64,000 nt of DNA from an uncultured delta proteobacterium (GTDB lineage: Bacteria > Myxococcota_A > Polyangia > Polyangiales > JAFGIB01), in NCBI GenBank assembly GCA_963778655.1, contig CAVZVA010000010.1, forward strand, positions 1,024,001 to 1,088,000, written 5' to 3'. This document shows positions 61,785-64,000 of the stretch, piece after piece. A model generated the notes under the pieces. It was not told the DNA's origin, did no database searches, and saw nothing but the letters and a program-made list of their open reading frames with translations. How positions within the stretch are numbered: position 1 is the stretch's first letter; each line of letters begins with the position of its first letter. A program made the translations under genes and the position numbers.

Positions 61785-63088
61785 GCCGCGCGCCCAACAT
61801 CGCGCTCGGGCTCGCGCTATGTCTGGGGGCGAGTTGCTCCAGCGCCAAGCGCGCGGGCGATGGCGGGCACGCCACGGCAGGTCAGGGCGGGGCGGCTGCA
61901 ACTGCGACCGCCGCGGCCGGCAGCGGTGGAGCGAACGTCGCGCCAGCCGCCGGTAGTGGTGGCGCCGTCGGGGCTGCGAGCCCCGCGACGGTCGATGCCG
62001 GCGCCGCGGCCGGGCTCGCCACCATGCCCGCCCTGAACGCCGACTCGGTGCTGCGCGGCAGCTGCGCCAAGTCCACGGTGCAGTCCGAGTTGCTGCCCGC
62101 GAACATCCTGTTCGTGCTCGACCGCAGCGGCTCGATGGCATGCAATCCGCCGCCCACCACCGACTCGGCGGCGTGCGAGGCCGAGCCGATGCGCGCGGAT
62201 GCCAGCATGCCCAGCAAGTGGGAGGTCACCACCAGCGCGCTGCTCGACGCGATCAAGAACCTGCCTGCCAGCACGGGCGTGGGCCTGAGCTACTTTAGCA
62301 ACGACGATCGCTGCGGCGTGAGCTCGATCCCGAGCGTGCCGATCCTGCCCAATGACCAGGCCCAGCAAGCGGCGATCGAAAAGAACCTCGCCAGCGTCAA
62401 GCCCGGCGGCGGCACGCCGATCGTGGGCGCGACCATCCTGGCGTACAAACACCTGCACGAGTCGGCGCTGGCCGGCAGCATCTTCGGCAACGAGTTCGTG
62501 GTGCTGATCACCGACGGGGCGCAGAGCGAGATGTGCTCCGACCCCGGGGTGTGCGACGACGCCGCGTCCTGTACCGACCTGCTGGTGAGCAGCGAGGTGC
62601 CGAAGGCGGCGGGACCCGGCGTCGGCATCCGCACCTTCGTGATCGGCGTGCCGGGCAGCGAGCCCGCGCGCAGCGTGCTCTCGCAGATCGCGCAGGCCGG
62701 CGGCACGGCGCCCGCGGGTTGCGATCCGCAGCAAGGCAACTGCCACTTCGACATGTCGATGGTGAGCGACCTCGGCCCGGCCTTGAGCAAGGCGTTGATG
62801 CAGATCAGCGGACAGACCATCAGCTGCGAGCTCGATGTGCCGCAGCCGACGAGCGGCGAGCTCGACGTCGGCCTGGTCAACGTCGTCTACACGCCCAGCG
62901 ACGGCTCGCAGGCCAAGGTGCTGCGCCAAGACGCGCGCATGGCCTGCGACGCTGGCGCCGACGGCTGGCAGTACGCAGACGACAACCGCAAGATCCGCCT
63001 GTGCGGGCAGACCTGCGACACGGTGCGCGCCGACGAGGGCGCGCGGGTGGACGTGGTGATCGGCTGTCCGGTGCAAGCGGTGAAGTGA
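61781..63088 (+). CDS. von Willebrand factor A domain lipoprotein
   Basis: GASC lipobox; MIDAS LDRSGSM, GGTP, LITDG, FVIG; Cys-rich GW.Y...I.LCG..C tail. Confidence 0.9.
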   Translation: MSRAPNIALGLALCLGASCSSAKRAGDGGHATAGQGGAAATATAAAGSGGANVAPAAGSGGAVGAASPATVDAGAAAGLATMPALNADSVLRGSCAKSTVQSELLPANILFVLDRSGSMACNPPPTTDSAACEAEPMRADASMPSKWEVTTSALLDAIKNLPASTGVGLSYFSNDDRCGVSSIPSVPILPNDQAQQAAIEKNLASVKPGGGTPIVGATILAYKHLHESALAGSIFGNEFVVLITDGAQSEMCSDPGVCDDAASCTDLLVSSEVPKAAGPGVGIRTFVIGVPGSEPARSVLSQIAQAGGTAPAGCDPQQGNCHFDMSMVSDLGPALSKALMQISGQTISCELDVPQPTSGELDVGLVNVVYTPSDGSQAKVLRQDARMACDAGADGWQYADDNRKIRLCGQTCDTVRADEGARVDVVIGCPVQAVK

Positions 63089-63146
63089 GCGCGCGCGTGC
63101 GGCAAGGACGCAGCAGGGCACTCGGTCTGCCTGGGCAGCGCGCGCT

Positions 63147-64000
63147 TCAGTCGCGACGCACGTAGAAGGCGTATGTCACGTGTGGCGAGCGATGCAGCTC
63201 GTAGCGGTAGTCCGCGCGTGGAAAGAACCGTCGCAGGTCATTGACGGCGGGGATCCAGTGCCGCGTGTGCAGAAACGCCTGCTCGCTCGGTGCGTCTGAC
63301 ATCAGGTAGATGTACTTCGGCCGGCGTCTGAGCACATACCTCGGATTGGAGCGCAGATGCCCTTTGGGACCGGATTCGTTGCGGACCGGGGCGTGGGCGA
63401 TGGTCGCGTCCGTGAGCCCCAGCAGATCGAGCACGGGACGCTGCGAGTAGTAGCCGATCGCCCCGATCACCGGCGTCGCGACCAAATCGCCGGGGGCGGC
63501 GTGGCTTGCGAGCCAGCGGCCCACTTCGGCCCAGCGCTCGGCTTCGCGCGCGCCGAAGTACAGAGTGCTCTGCGGCCCGACCGAACCCAACAAGAAGGTC
63601 GTGAAGAAGCAGCTCAACGCTGCCAGGGCGAGCGCTTGGCTGCCTGCAATTCGCGGCGCGCGTCGCGCCAAGGCGTTCGGGATGAGCGCCGCGAGCGCTC
63701 GAGCAAGCCCGTCCCTGCCCAACGCGTACAGGAGCGGAAGCAAGTAGACGAAGTAGCGCCACTCCCCAAAGTTGTCCCCGCCCACCACCAGCACCGAGGC
63801 CGCCACGAGTAGCGCCAAGGTCGACACGAAGCGTCTCGCCAGCGCCCGCGGCTCGCTACCGCGCATTCCCTCCAGGGCGAACGGAAAGAACAGGCCATGC
63901 CCCAGGAGACCCGCGATCAGGTAGTCGAGGCCGTCTTCCCACCTCGTGAACGGCGCGCCGATCTTGGCGTAGTAGGTATTCGGAAAGGGGTACCCATAGT
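63147..64000 (-). CDS. Membrane glycosyltransferase-like protein (GT-C type; 5' end outside the window)
   Basis: Frame open to the window edge: YGYPFPNTYYAK, GGD...WRYFV, GAIGYYS, LDLLGLTD..IA, GH. Confidence 0.8.
   Translation of the reverse strand, partial: YGYPFPNTYYAKIGAPFTRWEDGLDYLIAGLLGHGLFFPFALEGMRGSEPRALARRFVSTLALLVAASVLVVGGDNFGEWRYFVYLLPLLYALGRDGLARALAALIPNALARRAPRIAGSQALALAALSCFFTTFLLGSVGPQSTLYFGAREAERWAEVGRWLASHAAPGDLVATPVIGAIGYYSQRPVLDLLGLTDATIAHAPVRNESGPKGHLRSNPRYVLRRRPKYIYLMSDAPSEQAFLHTRHWIPAVNDLRRFFPRADYRYELHRSPHVTYAFYVRRD

Overview
GC-rich bacterial DNA with the gene style of Myxococcota, probably Polyangiales-like (inferred from Gly-linker lipoproteins, an ECF sigma/anti-sigma cassette, a kinase-AAA protein, PEGA/TPR and vWA proteins, a FrgA-like protein and a split atp operon). 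Housekeeping blocks: msrPQ, trxC, a TrmH-family methylase, hom, bactofilin-atpF'FHAGDC, rnc, tRNA-Leu(TAG), a 2-oxoacid dehydrogenase E2, prmA-rsmE. After tRNA-Leu lies an accessory, partly decayed xylan-degradation block. It holds a frameshifted GH30_8, an intact GH10, an esterase, and GH43 and CE15 remnants that the ORF track does not show as such. An ECF sigma factor in this block has a likely promoter motif, TGACGGA-N13-CGCCACTGCA, visible twice. Other points of note: a His/Met-repeat exported protein directly after msrPQ; an orphan terminator preceded by a long structured RNA candidate (7209-7391); a 126-bp element flanked by a 25-bp duplication of the atpG 3' end; a roughly 50-aa insertion in AtpA; a 20-aa repeat surface protein with a sigma54-type promoter; a sulfatase::DJ-1/PfpI fusion clustered with a sulfotransferase; and an F420-dependent Ddn-family reductase. 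No CRISPR, rRNA, integrase or transposase was seen. All family calls come from motif recognition by eye, not database searches.
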